Shown: positions 37,030 to 51,841 of the stretch, in pieces
Numbering within the stretch: position 1 is the stretch's first letter
Layout of the letters: every line of letters starts with the position of its first letter
NCBI GenBank assembly: GCA_964016885.1
Contig: OZ024750.1
Span: forward strand, 50,096,001 to 50,160,000
Source of the DNA: Eledone cirrhosa
Taxonomy: Eukaryota
Length of the DNA: 64,000 nucleotides
Reading direction: 5' to 3'
Notes under the pieces: model-generated
The model's input: only the letters and a program-made list of their open reading frames with translations
Told to the model about the DNA's origin: nothing
The model's database searches: none
Translations under genes and position numbers: made by a program

Positions 37030-40000
37030 CCCTTTAATTTTTTGTTTGAAAAAAACATGGCGGACGAAAGAATTGTCCACAGGGAGGAAAAACGGGTTGT
37101 TTGGGGTGGGGGGTGGGGGGTGACAGCCGATTCCGTCCAATCACAAGACAGAGGCAATAACAACAGAAACAGCAGCAGTCACAGTGGCAGTGGCGATGAC
37201 AACAAAAACAGCAGCAGCAGCAACGGTGGCGGTGACAACAACAGCAGCGGCCACTTAAACGGTAGCAACAGCCGCACCAACGACAATAAATTTAGAATAA
37301 ATCAGCAGCAGCGCAGTGTCAAACTACCACGAAAATGTTCCGTCATTAGAAAAATCAACAGCCCCCCCCCCCCATCTTAATAACAACAACAACAGCAGCA
37401 TCAGCCACAAAGAACCCAAAAGCAATAACTGTAACTGCCGCAACACACAAGAACAAGGCTAACAATGGGTGCGGTGACAAGGCGCACATTTAGGCCTTCT
37501 GCCCCAAACTCACCAAAACGGCACGCGTTTCCCCTTCTCCCTACCCCTTGCCTCGCGACTGGAGTGGACAAACCAACCAAGACCACAGTGGCAAAAGAAA
37601 CATTACCATCACCAACAGAACCAATGGAGCGCATGCTCCTTCTCGATATTGCTAAATCGGAAAAGGAGTGCGATGCGGCCGAGTATTGGAAAACCATCCC
37701 AGCAAAATAAAAAGGAAGAACTCCCTGCCTTCGCCCTCTAAAAGAAGAGGAAGAAAGAAACCAAAAAAGAAAATGAAAATGACCCCACTTCCACCACCAT
37801 CAAAAATCACACCCCCACAATTACCTACACCATCAACACCAAAACCACCAACATCACCACCGCCACCATTATCATATAACCCCTCGTCACCTCCAACAAT
37901 ACGACAGCAAACACAGAAAACACCAACACCCCAACAGCAGACACAATACACAGCCATAGACACAGACAACACAAAGCTTTTAAATTACATTCAACACAAA
38001 CATAACGGGAGCAAACTACCTACAAACCACCAAAATTGTACCACCCCCAACACACACAGTCGAAATCACCCCCAAAATATACATAACATTAAACAAAATG
38101 TTTCCCACATCAATTGGAGACTTATGAAGAATATTCACAGACATTCTCGAGGAGAAACCCGCCAATGGTCAGAGGGATGGATCACCCACCCCCTTCCTAA
38201 AAATGAGCCACAGGTAAAGAATTTTACTTCTCTCTCACTTGTTTTCCTCCTATCCTAGCCAACATGGCTTCTCTCAGGATAGGTAGCATAAGTGCACGTA
38301 TCCTGGGATCGTTTTAGAAGCAGGGTCACCTTCTCAACGATCTCAGTTCGCTAAACAAAGAGGTGGTGGCCTTCAGCGAGAAAAGAATCTCCGAGGCACG
38401 GGCTTTCGCACCCATTTCGGTGGCTACGAGGTGTACACATCTCCAAGCCCTCACGGATCTGGGGAGAGAGAGGTTGTGTTTTTCCGGAGAAGTCTGGATC
38501 TCGAGACATGGGCCGTCTTCATGGACCCAGAAGGTATGTTGGTGGTGCTGGGCGTGACCAGCGGAGACGGGCAAACTTTCAGGCTAGTAGCCGTCTATGC
38601 CCCAACAGGGGCAGGACGGCCTGATTTCTTCCGCTGTCTGGAGTCCTTTCTTGGAACGTCCCGCACTCTAGTGTTAGTGGGCGACTGGAACGGGATCTTA
38701 GATGCGCGCTGGAACGGTGTGGGATTAGCGGATAGGGGAGGAGGGTGTAAAAGCCTCTCAAACCTGCTCAAAATGTTTCAACTGTCTGACAGGTAGCGAC
38801 TGGATTTCCCGAATGTGCCAATGTTGAATTGGACAAACCGCATCGGGTCATCCAGATCATATCTAGATAGGGTATTTTCAGGGAAAGAGATAGGTCTAGC
38901 ATAGACTGTCCACAATTGAAGATAGTCGACTACACGAACCAGAAATTCGTGATCTGTGTGGTTGGCTTAGATAGCCTTCATAGACAGGTCCAGGCTACCG
39001 GAAGCTAAACGCGTCGTTAAATGCGTGCTAAGTTTACAGTGACTGGATTAGCGAATTAGTTAAGCGGGTGTTGACGGGGGCCATCGTCAACAAGAAATGG
39101 TGGTTTGCCCTGAAAAGAGCGATTAGAATATGTCCATTAGATTTAGTAAGGCGTTGGCAATAGAGAAAAATAGAGCAGAGGGAGAACTAGTTAGCAAATT
39201 AGACGAGGCGAAATTGGCCCTCGACCAATTTTTCAACGCAAAGCACTAAGGCTGCGTTGTCAGAACTAGGGCTCGTGCTCTCAGACACGAGGGGACGAAG
39301 CCGTTCGATGGGCCCGGGTGGCGCAGGCGCATCGTGGCAACAAAGCCACGATCCGGTCTATGGCGGACCAAGACGGTAGCATGCTACTCGATCCCGGGAA
39401 AAAGTGTGCGGCTTCTCAGCGACACTTTGCTCAGCTCTTCTGGGTCCTGGCGGACCGGATCGCGGGATGGACTTTAGTGCCTACCCCGACAGACTGCCGT
39501 GGCTCTCGGCCACTGACGTGGAGTGTTACGTAAAGCCGATAACAGCTGCTGAAATAATGGAGGCAATGACTGGCTGCACAATGGGAACATCGTCTGGTTT
39601 GGATGGTCTGCTCTATGAAATTTACGTACATATGCCAGACTCGTTCAGAGACCTCTTGGTGGACCTATACTGTGACTGGCAGCAGAACGGGAGGATTCCA
39701 AGCTCGGTGAGCCGGGTAGTGGTGAAGCAGCTGAGAAAGGATCCGAACGAGGGGGATAATATAGATAATTTCAGGCCCATAATTCTGCTTAAAACAGCGT
39801 TCAAGATTTTGGCCAAGGTGCTAGCAAAGAGTTTGGTGCTTGTCGTCGGTTGTCTGGTGGGAGAGGCTAGACATGAGCCATTCCAGACAGGTCCATCCAC
39901 TACAACTTCCACCTCATGCGATACTTCGTGGAGAGAGTAGCTAGGGAAAGTGGTATGTCTGGGACCTTGATCAATTTAGATCAGTCGAAAGCTTTCGATA

Positions 40001-41511
40001 GTGTCGACCATCGTTATCTAGCGGCAGTCCTGTGGGCGGCTGACTTTGGGCCCATCTTCAGAGGCTGGATCGCAGCCATGCACAGCGACATCTGCTCTTT
40101 GGTGAGAGTGAACGGTCCTCTTTCGGAACCATTCAACGTCATGCATTCGGCCCGCCAAAGATGTACCCTCTCGTCCCTGTTCTACGTATTAACGCTCGAG
40201 CCATTCCTGCATTAACTGGAGACGTTGAGGGGATCCCACGCGAAGTGGCATACGGAAGAACCGTGTCAGACGACGTCATCATAGTGGTGTCCAACACATC
40301 GAGGCGATAGGTACCACAATAAGAGAATACGAGGCGGTGTCAGGAGCAATGATTAACCAGGAAAAGTCGGTGGGCCTGCAGCTCGGCCCCTGGAGAGGCA
40401 GGTCGATGCCATCCAACAGCGTCGTTGGACGGTGGACGGACGGAACGGTTAAATTGCTAGGGCTCTGGTCTCCTTCGACCCGGACCTCCAGACGGACAAA
40501 ACCTGGGACGAGGTGACGAGCAGGGTGCTCTCTCTCCCCTATAAATGGGCCGAGAGGAAGCTATCCCTGAAAGGTCGAGTGGAAGTTGGGTACGCGTACA
40601 TCCCGTCCGTCATCTACTACCGCCTGACCGTCCTGCCTTGTCTTAAGCCTCGCCTGACTGCGCTGGAGCGTTTACTCTTTCGCTTTTTGTGGAAGGGACG
40701 CGCTCCGATGGTCAGGCGGTCCATCTGCTGTAAACAGCCGCTACGCGGAGGGCTGGGCTTGTCGTGGCTGATGATTCGCAGACATGCGCCCAGGCTACGG
40801 CATCTCCACCTCTTCCTCAATGTTGATCAGAGAGGTCGCCGTTTGCTAGACACGTGTTTCCCCAGCTTGTACCCTTGAGGGAGCTGCAGTCCTGGATCAT
40901 GCGAAGCCCGAGAGGGAGCGCTAGTAGACTGGAATGTCTTCAGGCGCTCACAGCCCTCGACCAGTTGGGCAATGCGATCGTTGGAAACTAGAGCTTGGCG
41001 TTCTATAGATGGTTAATGGAGGGAAAGAGCGACGACGTCTTTAGTGAGACTCTGGGCATCGACGAAAATCAACTAGCCAATCTATTCGGGAGAATTTTCG
41101 GGCCGCAGCCCATGGATAACTTCCAGAAATCCCTGTCCTGCCAGTGCTACTGAGGAGATTTGCCAGTTCGGGATAAACTCTACAGGCGTGGAAGTGCCAT
41201 CAGCCGGGCATGTCTGATGCGTGCAGGGCGACGAAGCTGTCCTGCATGCACTCATCCTGTGTTCGAGCATTTCTGAGTGTCTGTAGCATCGTTGGAGGAA
41301 AACTGGAAGAGGTCAATTGCTCTAGCGGTCAGGGTAACCGTGAGTTTTTTGTGGGCTTTCTCCACGAGCGACCCTCGGAAACTCTCCCTCCTCTATTGGG
41401 AAATTTTTCATTGTCCCTTTGTACCATCCTCTATTGTCCTATGCTGACATTAATGTTATACTTTGTGTCTACCCTCGAGGTTAATACAGAAAACATTATT
41501 ATTATCATTAT
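37030..41511 (+). mobile_element. L1/Tx1-clade LINE, decayed, ORF1 partly deleted
   Basis: ORF1 ATG at 37057, ORF2 ATG at 38264. APE motifs (VAVYAP, LVGDWNG) and RT motifs (NFRPIILL, NLDQSKAFD). Many stops and frameshifts. (TTA)n tail. The 5' boundary is uncertain. Confidence 0.9.
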
Positions 41512-41585
41512 TAATCCGGTTTAGTGTATATTCTTTATATACCTATCAATGGAACTTCCTCTTCTCCAGTAAGGGCGTAATTTGA

Positions 41586-42245
41586 TAATGTTTCCTACCT
41601 TTCGGTATGACATTATATACAAGTGCTTCCTACGTTTCGGTATGACAGTATATACAAGTGTTTCCTACGTTGAGGTATGACATTATAGATAAGTGTTTCC
41701 TACATTTGGGTATGACATTATGTACAAATGTTACTTACCTTTCGGTATGACATATACAAATGTTTTCTACGTTGGGGTATGACATTATATACAAATGTTT
41801 CCTACGTTGGGGTATGACATTATATACAAACGTTTCCTACGTCGGGGTATGCCATTATATACAATTGTTTCCTACGTTGGGCTATGCCTTTATATACAAA
41901 TATTTTCTAAATTGGGTATGACATTATATACTAATGCTTTCTACATTGGGTATGACATTATACACAAATGTTTCCTTCCTTTGGTTTGACATTATATACA
42001 GGTGTTTCCTACGTTATGGTATGATATAATATACAAATATTTTTACGTTGAGGTATGCATTATATACAAATGTTTCTGACATTGGGGTATGACATTATAT
42101 ACAAATGTTTCCTACCTTTAGGTATGACATTATATACAAATGTTTCTGACGTTATGATACGACATTATATACAAATGTTTCTGACGTTATGGTATGACAT
42201 TATATACAAATGCTTACTACATTGCGGTCTGACATTATATATAAA
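41586..42245. repeat. 35-bp minisatellite (gtatgacattatatacaaatgtttcctacgttggg)n, about 19 units
   Basis: Direct tandem repeat with diverged units. Confidence 0.9.
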
Positions 42246-42560
42246 CAATTCTTTCGTTTAGTTATCTCATTATATACGACATTTCCAATAAGCAAAAGAA
42301 AGTAAGAAACAGTAAAACATAAACTGTAAGAGTTCTGTTACGAAATGCATCACATACTTTTGGTTTGATTGATAGATGGAGAAAACAATTAAAATGGATT
42401 TCAATTAAAGCATCTAATTGATTTACAACCGTTGTGGTAGAGGAAATAGAAGATTTTATTTCTGTTAGTATAAACACCTGAAAATTAATTATGTGCAAAT
42501 TATATATACCCTACATGTACAAAAACATGCTGATATATGTTCTTTACACACACACACACG

Positions 42561-42625
<65 letters not shown>

Positions 42626-42636
42626 GCACACACACT

Positions 42637-42679
<43 letters not shown>

Positions 42680-43210
42680 TTCGATAAAACTAAATAACCC
42701 GCGTGTATATTATTATTTTTTTTCCTCCTTTCGTGGATCGTAGTTGTCTTCCCTTCAGGCTTCGTGACGCTAAAATACTTCCTGAGTCAAAAACTGCTGG
42801 AATTTCAAATTTGGCGGTCATTCGAGGTGAGAAGGAGCAACTTAACAGACACGATTTTTGACTGCGGTAAGACTTTTTCTTATATCAAAGTGTAATGGGC
42901 TTCCACTGATGATTTATAAGCACCCACCTAAATATATTCTTACATGAATGTATATTAGGCTTCTACATAAACTGGAAATATTCACCCAATTTGTAGAAAA
43001 CTTATAATGAAACAATTGTTTGGAAAGAGAGATGTATTTTAACTTTAATTATATCTCATAAAATAATACAACTGGCTTTTCCACATAATACATATTGTTA
43101 GCACCCCAAACAGTTAAATTGGGTTCATATTAAAATGTAACCTAATGTTTGTTGAGTGAGATGGTTACCAGTCAGAGTTTAGCTTTAAACTATCTCTGTT
43201 ATTGTATTAA

Positions 43211-43250
<40 letters not shown>

Positions 43251-43259
43251 GTATATCAA

Positions 43260-43365
43260 ATAATTGTTTCTACTTTTGGCACAAGGCCAGCAATTATCCC
43301 AGTCTATTACTGGTACTTTATGTTATCGAGCCCGTAAGGGTGAAAGGCAAAGTTAACCTCGGCGG
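43260..43365 (-). mobile_element. Meta-domain-like SINE, partial
   Basis: Core match to the SINE arrays. Confidence 0.7.
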
Positions 43366-43547
43366 TGTTAATTCACCATAATTTATGAATAAATCCCATC
43401 TTAGCTACGATTAAACTACGAACATGCTTTGCTTCATTAGGACCAGCTTTTTCTCAAAAAGTTACAATGTGACAACTAAGATATACAACACTCTTGTGCT
43501 ATATATATATATATATTATAATAATAATAATTATTATTATTATTATT

Positions 43548-44034
43548 ATTCCATTTACCTTGCTTTATGTTCATACGAGTTATCACCAAGTCACAACCAG
43601 TGACCTCAAGGTCCGCCAACAAGGTCCGCCATGTTCTAGAAAGAACATACATACTCACACATGCATCTTCAGGTGCTTAGACTTGTAGTGCACTTATATT
43701 GACAGAATCTTCCTTAGTATATGGGCAGTTCCATTAGTACTATCTTTTGAATTTCTTCTATGCGGGTGTTTCCTGGGATTTGCGATAAGTAATCATTAGA
43801 CCCTTTATGTATCATTCCTAGAGTGCCTACAATCACTGGTATTGTTTTACTTCCACATTTTTCCAATTTCTATCTCCAGGTCCTTATACTTGCTCAATTT
43901 TTCAAATGTTTTTATAGTTACATTCTTGTCTATTGGAACGGACATATCAATTAGCAGGCATATCCTCTTTTTAAAGTCATTCAGTATTATATCAGGTCTG
44001 TTTGCATCTATTTTTCGGTTTGTTTGGATGTTAA

Positions 44035-44036
<2 letters not shown>
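43548..44036 (-). mobile_element. R4/Dong-clade LINE 3' fragment (REL endonuclease)
   Basis: PDIILNDFKKRICLLIDMSVPIDKNVTIKTFEKLSKYKDLEIE (PD-D/E-K type). (TTA)n on both sides. Confidence 0.85.
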
Positions 44037-44095
<59 letters not shown>

Positions 44096-44310
44096 GGCGA
44101 CCTACGTAGTAAATCGTATCATCGTGAGCTCCGCAAATGTTTGTTATTTTCAGTTGTTTAAAATTGCCATTCATGGAAAATTCTTATTGTTAACTGTATA
44201 TAAGTGCAAATACATTGTTATCTGAAAAGGACACCCAAAAAGATTGGAGCCTTGAGCCCAACATTTAAACTTGTATAATTATCAAACAAAAATGTTTTCT
44301 TTGAAAAATC

Positions 44311-46205
44311 ATGGCTGACTCAGAGTCACTCTTTTCTCACAAACTAACATCTCACACCGACTCCACCATTGTAAATGTTACTACGTTTGCCAACACTAAA
44401 AATATAAGCAGTAGCAATATTTTAAATTTATCTCAGGCAGACATTCATTTCCCGCCATTACCAATGACTGCAGGTGTTAAAGCCGCCACCACAACCACCA
44501 CCGCGACAACCACCACCCCCACAACCACCGCGACAACAGAAAGAAAAGAAAATAATAAATTAACTCGGGATATCGTAATGAATTCAACCAAAATGAACTC
44601 TTCCACACAGAACACCACTGACGCCACCACCACCACAACTGAAACTAAAATTAATAATAACAAAAATAACGATAACAACAAAAGCAACAATGACATTAAG
44701 AAAACCACCCTGAGATTTGCCAGAGTAGCAAAACAGTGCGAAGCATTTCAGGTAACTCAGGAGGAATTAGAAGAAGCCAAAAAAATGCTAAAGAAAGATG
44801 GGTACAGGGTCACCCCCCCCCCCCCACCTAATAAAATGGATCACCTAATAAAAAGCTTTGGGACATGTGTGGGCAAAAAAACCCACGTCAGACGTGGGCA
44901 GAAGTATGGAACCGTGGACGTGATCTTTGAAACACCACAGGAGGCTAGAGAACACTCCATGGCCCCATTAAAAAGTGACGACTTCACACTCGTCCCAAGC
45001 TATTGTGGCCAGAGACTCGTAAAGATCAGGGTCACCCACGTTCCACCGGCCATCGAAATTCCCTGGCTAATAGCTGCCGTCCTCGCCGGCATCGAAGCCA
45101 ACACCAAGATAATAGAAATAGCGAAAGAAAAGGAGGAGAACTGGTCCGGATCTGGGATGGAGCTCCTGATCCAAGCGGACCAAAAAAGCATTGAGGAGAT
45201 CCCAGAGGTAATAGACCTCACTGACGGCAGCCACCTCACCGTAATTGTCGAGGGCAGAAGGCCTAGGTGTGTCGTTTGTGGTGAAGGAACCCACCTAAGG
45301 GCTTTCTGCCCTCAGGCTAAAAGGTTGAGGCCACCTCTCCTACCCACCCCAGTGACTCAACCATCAACACCACCAGCAGCAGAGATGGCAGCAACAACTG
45401 TAGCAGCAACAACAGAAGCAACTGTAACAGCAACAACCCCAGCAACAGTAGCAAAACCAAAACCACCACCACCCACGCTTCAGAACTAGCACCAGCGCCT
45501 ACACCATCCACCATGCCACAACCAAAACTAACGCCTGTGGAGGATTTTCCACTCCCCGGCCTATCACAACTGGAGACAGATTGTGACGACGAGGAGTGGG
45601 AAACGGTATCAGGAAAAAAGAGAAAAAAGAAACCAAAAAAGAAAAAAATTCTCTTCCTTCCCCCTCCGAAAACAAAATACAGAGTGAAACAAATAAACTA
45701 TCAAACAAAAAAGTTAGGACAGACATGCCACCATCCACACCAGCATCACCAACCCCATCACCCCAAACACCTACACCATCACCATCATTAACCGCAACAC
45801 CACCATCACCATCATTAACCGCAACACCACCACCACCTACACGACAAAAGGCACCAAAATGCGAAACAGAAACAAACCCACAACAAACGCAAACAAAACA
45901 AAACAACCAAAACGATACACACTACACAGCATTAAATTTAAACAACCAATTATTACACTACATCCAACACCATACCAGCATCACAGAAAAAGACTACACA
46001 ACAACCCAAAAGTTCACACCACCTCCACACATACAAATCGCTCGCATTACACAGAAAACGTACATGACACTAAAACAAAAATTCCCCAAAGACATCTTAG
46101 ACTTCCGACAAGCACTCTCCAGGAGGATTTATAAGGACATCCTTCCTGAGGTGGCCACAAGCAGGGAAAAGGATGGAGAAACCGTCCTTCCTCTACGAGA
46201 AGTAA
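44311..46205 (+). pseudogene. Tx1 ORF1 (gag-like nucleic-acid-binding protein), interrupted after 392 aa
   Basis: Zinc knuckle CVVCGEGTHLRAFC. Stop at 45489, then a shifted Pro/Thr-rich continuation homologous to 37668-38258. Confidence 0.75.
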
Positions 46206-46244
46206 GGTATGTGGTCTTTCCCATCTTTTCCACTCCATTTCAAC

Positions 46245-49200
46245 ATGACCTCACTCAGAATAGACAGCATAAAGGCGGGTGGCTTGGGGTCGTCATGGAA
46301 GCAGGGCCACCTGCTCATCGACCTCAGGTCACTAAACATAGATGATGTAGTGGCCATCAGCGAGACCAGAATCTCCGAAGCACGGGCCTTCGCACCGATC
46401 TTCGGCGGCTACGATGTGTACGCATCTCCCAGCCGTCCGGGATCGGGGGAGGAGTTGCTGTGCTTTTTCGGAGAGGTCTGGATCTCGCCATACGCGCTAT
46501 CTTCCTGGACACAGAAGGTAAGTTAGTGGTGCTAGACGTGACCAGCGGAGACGGGCAAGCTTTCAGTCTAGTGGCCGTCTATGCCCCGACAGGAGCAGGG
46601 CGGCCTGATTTCTTCCGGCGTCTGGAGACCTTTCTTGGAACGTCCCGCTCTTTAGTGTTAGTGGGCGACTGGAACGGGATCTTAGATGCACGCTGGGACT
46701 GTGTGGGATTAATGGATAGGGGTGGAGGGTGCAAGAGTCTCACCAACCTGCTCTAGCGTTTTGAACTGTCTGACAGGTACCGATTGGATTTCCCGAATGT
46801 GCCAATGTGGACTTAGACAAATCGCATAGGGTCATCCAGATCATATCTAGATAGAGTTTTTTGTAGGGAAATAGATAGGTCTAGCATAGGCTGTCCACAA
46901 TTCAAGATAGTCAGCTACACGGACCACAAATTCGTGATCTGTGTGCTCTACTTAGATAGGCTTCATAGACGAAGACCCGGCTACTGGAATCTAAACGCGT
47001 CCTTACCAGCACGCAAGGCCTACAGAGACCGGGTTAGCGAAATAGTTAAGCGAGCGCTGACGGGGGCCATCGTCAACAACAAGTGGTGGTTTGCTCTGAA
47101 AAGAGCAATTAGAATAGAATCCATTAGGTTTAGTAAGGCTTTACCTATAGAGAAAAATAGAGCAGAAGGAGAATTAGTTAGAAAATTAGACAAGGCGCTT
47201 AGCAAATCATCGCGACCGACGTACTTGCGGCTAAATTGGCCCTTGACCAATTCTTCAATGCAAAGCACAAAGGCTGCGTTGTCAGAGCTAGGGTGCGTGC
47301 TCTCAGACACGAGGGGACGAAAACCGTTCAATGGGCCCGAGTGGCGGAGGCGCGTCGTGGCAACAAAGCCACGATCCGGTCTTTCGTTGACCACGACGGG
47401 CGCATGCTACACGAGCCCGGGAAAATGTGTGAAGCTTTTCAGCGACACTTCGCTCAAATGTTTCGGGGCAGCGGCGGGCCGGATCGAGGGATGGACTTTA
47501 GTGTCTACCTCGACGGACTGCCGCGGCTCTCGGCCACTGAGGCGGAGTGTTGCCGGAAGCCGATAACAGCCGCTGAGGTACGGGAGGCAATGACTGGCTG
47601 CACAAGGAGTAAATCGCCTGGTTTGGATTGTCTGCCCGATGAACTTTATGTACACATGCCAGACTTGTTCGGAGGCCTCTTTGCGGACGTCTACTGCAAC
47701 TGGCAACATAACGGGAGAATTCCCAGCTCTGTGAGCCGAGAAGCGGTGGCGCTGCTTAGATAGGATCCGAACAAGGGGGATAACATAGATAATTTTAGGC
47801 CCATAACTCTGCTAAACACAGAGTTCAAGGTTTTGGCGAAGGTGCTAGCAAAGAGGTTGGCGCTTGTCGTTGGTGGTCTGGTGGGAGAGGCACAGACATG
47901 CGGCATTCCCGACAGATCCATCCACGACAACCTCCACCTCATGCGATACATCGTAGAGAGGGTAGTTAGGGAACCTGACACGGGTGGGTCCATGATCAAT
48001 TTAGATCAGTCGAAAGCTTTCGATATGGTCGACCATCTTTACTTAGCGGCAGTCCTGAGGGCGGCTGGCTTTGGGCCCGTCTTCAGAGGCTGGAACGCTG
48101 CCATGCACAGCGACATCTGCTCTTTGGTTAGAGTGAACGGTCACCTTTCGGAACCGTTCAACATCATGTGCTCGGTTCGCCAAGGATGTCTCCACTCGTC
48201 CCTCTTGTACGTATTGACTCTCGAGCCATTACTGCACAAACTGGAGACGTTGAGGGGGGGGGAGGCAACTAGGATGCGGAAGATCCGTGTCAGCATATGC
48301 GGACGATGTCACCGTAGTGGTGTCGAACGCCAAACACATCGAGGCGATCGGCACTACACTAAGAGAATACGAAGCGGTGACAGGAGCAATGATCAACCAG
48401 GAAAAGTTAGTGGGCCTGCAGCTCGGCACCTGGAGAGGCAGGTCCATGCCGTCCAACAGCGTCGTCGGGCGCTGGACGGACTTACCAGTAAAATTGCTAG
48501 GGGTCTGGTTCGGTCCGGACCTCGAGACGGACAAAAACTGGGACGAGGTGACGAGCAGGGTGGCTACTCTCACCCAGAAATGGGCGGAGAGGAAGCTATC
48601 CCTTAAACGTCGAGCGGAGGTGGCTAACGCGTACATCGCGTGCGTCATCTACTACCGCCTGACCGTCGTACCTTGTCTTAAGCCCCGCCTGACTGCGCTG
48701 GAGCGTTTGCTCATTCGATTTTTGTGGAAGTGTGCGCTCCGATGGTCAGGCGGTCCATCTGCTGTAAACACCCGCTACATGGAGGGCTGGGCATACCGTG
48801 GCTGATGATGCGCAGACACGCGCTCAGGCTACGATATCTCCACCTCTTCCTCGACGGTGATAACGTGTGGTCGCCGTTTGCTAGACACGTTTTTCCCCAG
48901 CTCGTCTCCTTGACGGAGCTGCAGTCCTGGGTCAAGCGAAGACCGAGAAGTAGCGCTTGGAGACTGGAATGTGATCGGGCAATGTGATCGGTGGAAACTC
49001 CACCTTGGCTTTCTATAGAGGATTAGTGTAGGGGAAGAGCTACGACGTACTTGGAGAAACTCTAGGCGTCAACGAAAATCAACTAGCCAATCTCTTCGGA
49101 AGGGCTTTCGTGCCTATGGACAACTTCCAGAAATCCCTGGCCTGGCAGTGCTACCGAGGAGCTTTGCCAGTTCGGGATAAACTCTATAGGCATGGAGATG

Positions 49201-49630
49201 CCGTCACCCGGGCTTGTCCGAGATGCGCGCAGGGCGACGAAACCGTCCTGCACGCACACGTCCAGGGTTCGAGCATTGCTGACTTGTGGGTTTATGTCGA
49301 ACACCTGCTATCACGTGTAGGACGGATCCAGCTATCAGCTGAATCCATCGTGAGGATTGCCCCCACCCTCTTCCTTTAGCCGGGAAGGGCAGGCAGTTTT
49401 TATCTGTCTGGTGGCCATGGCGAAAGAGATAGTATGGTGGACAAGTTTGAAAGGGCTGAAGCAAGCACTTACCTATTCGGGTTTGCCCTGATGAACTTTT
49501 TCAAATTTCATTTGAAAAGGAAAATCAGGGTAGAGGGGGGAGTGCTCTCTTCCAAGCATTTTGTTGAAAGATGGGTGAGAGAAGCAAGTATGGCCTGAGT
49601 GAATGGGTCTATTCGGAGTATGTGTCTGTA
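46245..49630 (+). pseudogene. Tx1 ORF2 (APE endonuclease, reverse transcriptase), multiple stops and frameshifts
   Basis: VAISETR, VGDWNG, NLDQSKAFD, SVRQG, SAYADDV, CPRC...ETVLH. Confidence 0.9.
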
Positions 49631-49804
49631 AATTAAAGGTGGAAAACTGGGTGTCCCCCCTATTGGGGAATTTTTCATTGTTATTTTTTTTATTACATCC
49701 TCTGTTTTTTTAGCACGCAGAAAGGCCTTTTTGTACCGTCCTGTATTGCCCTGTACTGTCCTTAATGTCTACTTTATGTAAACCCTTGTGGTTAATAAAG
49801 AAAG

Positions 49805-49834
<30 letters not shown>

Positions 49835-49835
<1 letters not shown>

Positions 49836-51840
49836 GTTCTTTGAGTCTCAGTCATTGATGTTAGTTAACTGGAAAGTTTGTTGAAATGAATACCAAGCCA
49901 CTACCTGGAGCCTCAGATATTCAGGACGTATCGGAGGGTTATTGCTGTTCCCAGCAAGCATGCCTTTTGAAGTGTTCCAAAAAGCGTGGCGGGGCCAATT
50001 TTCTTTAACTTTTTGAGATAGCTCCTAGTTCGTGTATGACAATCGGGACCACTTTGACTTCATGGCAGTTCCAAATCCTTTTTACCTCCCACTTTAAGTC
50101 CTGGTATCGGTTAATTGTATCCCTCTCCTTCTGTTGCACTCTCGTGTCGAATGGGCAGGCCACATCCACAATCAGGCACGATTTTTTTCCTTGAACAAAA
50201 CCAGCAGCTCAGGTCTATTGTGTTCCAGTTTCTTGTCCGTCTGTGTCCTAAAATTCCACACACCTTCACCTGAGCGTATTCCATCACTGACTCTGGCTTA
50301 TGCTCATACCACTTCTCAGAATGTGGTAAATTGTTTACTTTGCATAGGTGCCAGTGGATCACCCTGCCCATCACATCATGTATCCAGCCCTTATAGTGAG
50401 TCTGGGCTTGGTGTTTACTATCGGATACAATGTGACCCACAGTCTCCTCTCTCTCTCCACAGATCCTGCACAGTGGGCTAGCCTCCTCCTTGTAAATATG
50501 GTGTTTTAACCACTTCGTGTTGAGGGCCTGCTCTTGCGCAGCCATTAGCATTCATTCTGTGGCCTTTTTAAGGTCTCCTCTTTTCAACCAGTTCCATGTT
50601 TGTGGATCTCTGAATTCAGTATTCTCAAAGAAGGTACTATGAAGGGATTTTTCCTGAAGGCTGCTGTTTCTCCTTGTTGTTATTTCCCCCTTGGACATCC
50701 CCTGGTCTATTGTCCTCTCCTTCAGTACAATTCTGAGCATTGGCTCCTTACTATCAGTCACGGATTTGTGTAGGTTGTTTTTCTCCATCTGAACAGTGTC
50801 CACTATGCTGATAAGACCCCTTCCACCTTCAGATCTCCTTAAGTAGAATCTATCGACATCACTCCTCTTGTGGAACAGGTAGATAGTCAATAGCTTCCTA
50901 GTCTTCCTATCCATTTCTTTTTGTTCAGCAACATTCCATCTCAGAATTCCCGCACTCTACCTAATAATAGACACAGCTCGGGAATCTACTGCACTTATGG
51001 CATTCCTTCAGATGTGACTTTAATACGCTCCTTATTCTCCGAATGTATTCAGATCTTATCAATTCCTTCATTTTTTTGTTCTTGATGTCATCAGCTTCCA
51101 GAACACCCAAATACTTGTATCCTTCTTCAGTGTCAATTTCGTTTATCATCTCACCTGTTGGTACCTCGATTCCGTTGCTTCTCCTCAATTTACCCCTCTT
51201 CATCACAAGGACTCTACACCTGCTAATACCAAATTGCATACATATATCATTGCTGAAAATACGGACAGTGTCAACAAGCACATCCAACTCCTTCTCACTC
51301 TTCCCGAAGAGCTTAAGATCGTCCATGAGGGGGAGATGATTGATGGTAAGATCTCCCTTTCCCAACGTGTATCCTGCTCTAACTTTTCGCAGTATAATGG
51401 TCAGGCGCATCAGGGAAAGGGCAAACAACAGAGGGGACAGACTATCTCCCTGGAAGATGCCTCTCTTGATCTTCACGCCTCCCAAGGATTCTCCAGCTGA
51501 TGTTAAATCTGTTTTCCAGGACTTCATACGTTTGCCCAACAACTGTCTGATGTTATCTGCCACCTTGAAAATCTCTAGGCTTTTGGTGCTCCAAGAATGA
51601 GGCACCATGTCAAATGCCTTTTTGTACTCTATCCATCCCATGGCAAGATCAGTGTGTCTCCTCTTGCAATTCCTCATTACCATCTTATCAATAAGTAACT
51701 GGTCCTTTGTACCACAGGACTTCTTTCGGAATCCTTTCTGTTCGTCCGGTAACAAGTTGTTTGTGTGGAGGTGATGGTAGATTTCCTCAGACATAATGCT
51801 TGTCAAGAGTTTCCAAATTACAGACAGGCATGTGATAGGG
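49835..51840 (-). mobile_element. R4/Dong-clade LINE, 5'-truncated (RT plus CCHC/REL), decayed
   Basis: [60 protein letters not shown]. (TAA)n tail in the sense direction. Confidence 0.9.
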
Positions 51841-51841
51841 A

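Larger units (their letters stand above)
44096..49834 (+). mobile_element. Near full-length L1/Tx1-clade LINE in a (TTA)n tract
   Basis: 5' UTR, ORF1, ORF2 (APE-RT-CCHC), AATAAA and (TTA)n tail. (TTA)n directly abuts the 5' end. Confidence 0.92.

Noticed and set aside
41586-42245. CRISPR-like ~35-bp periodicity
   Set aside because: Units are contiguous with no unique spacers, there are no cas genes, and the context is eukaryotic.
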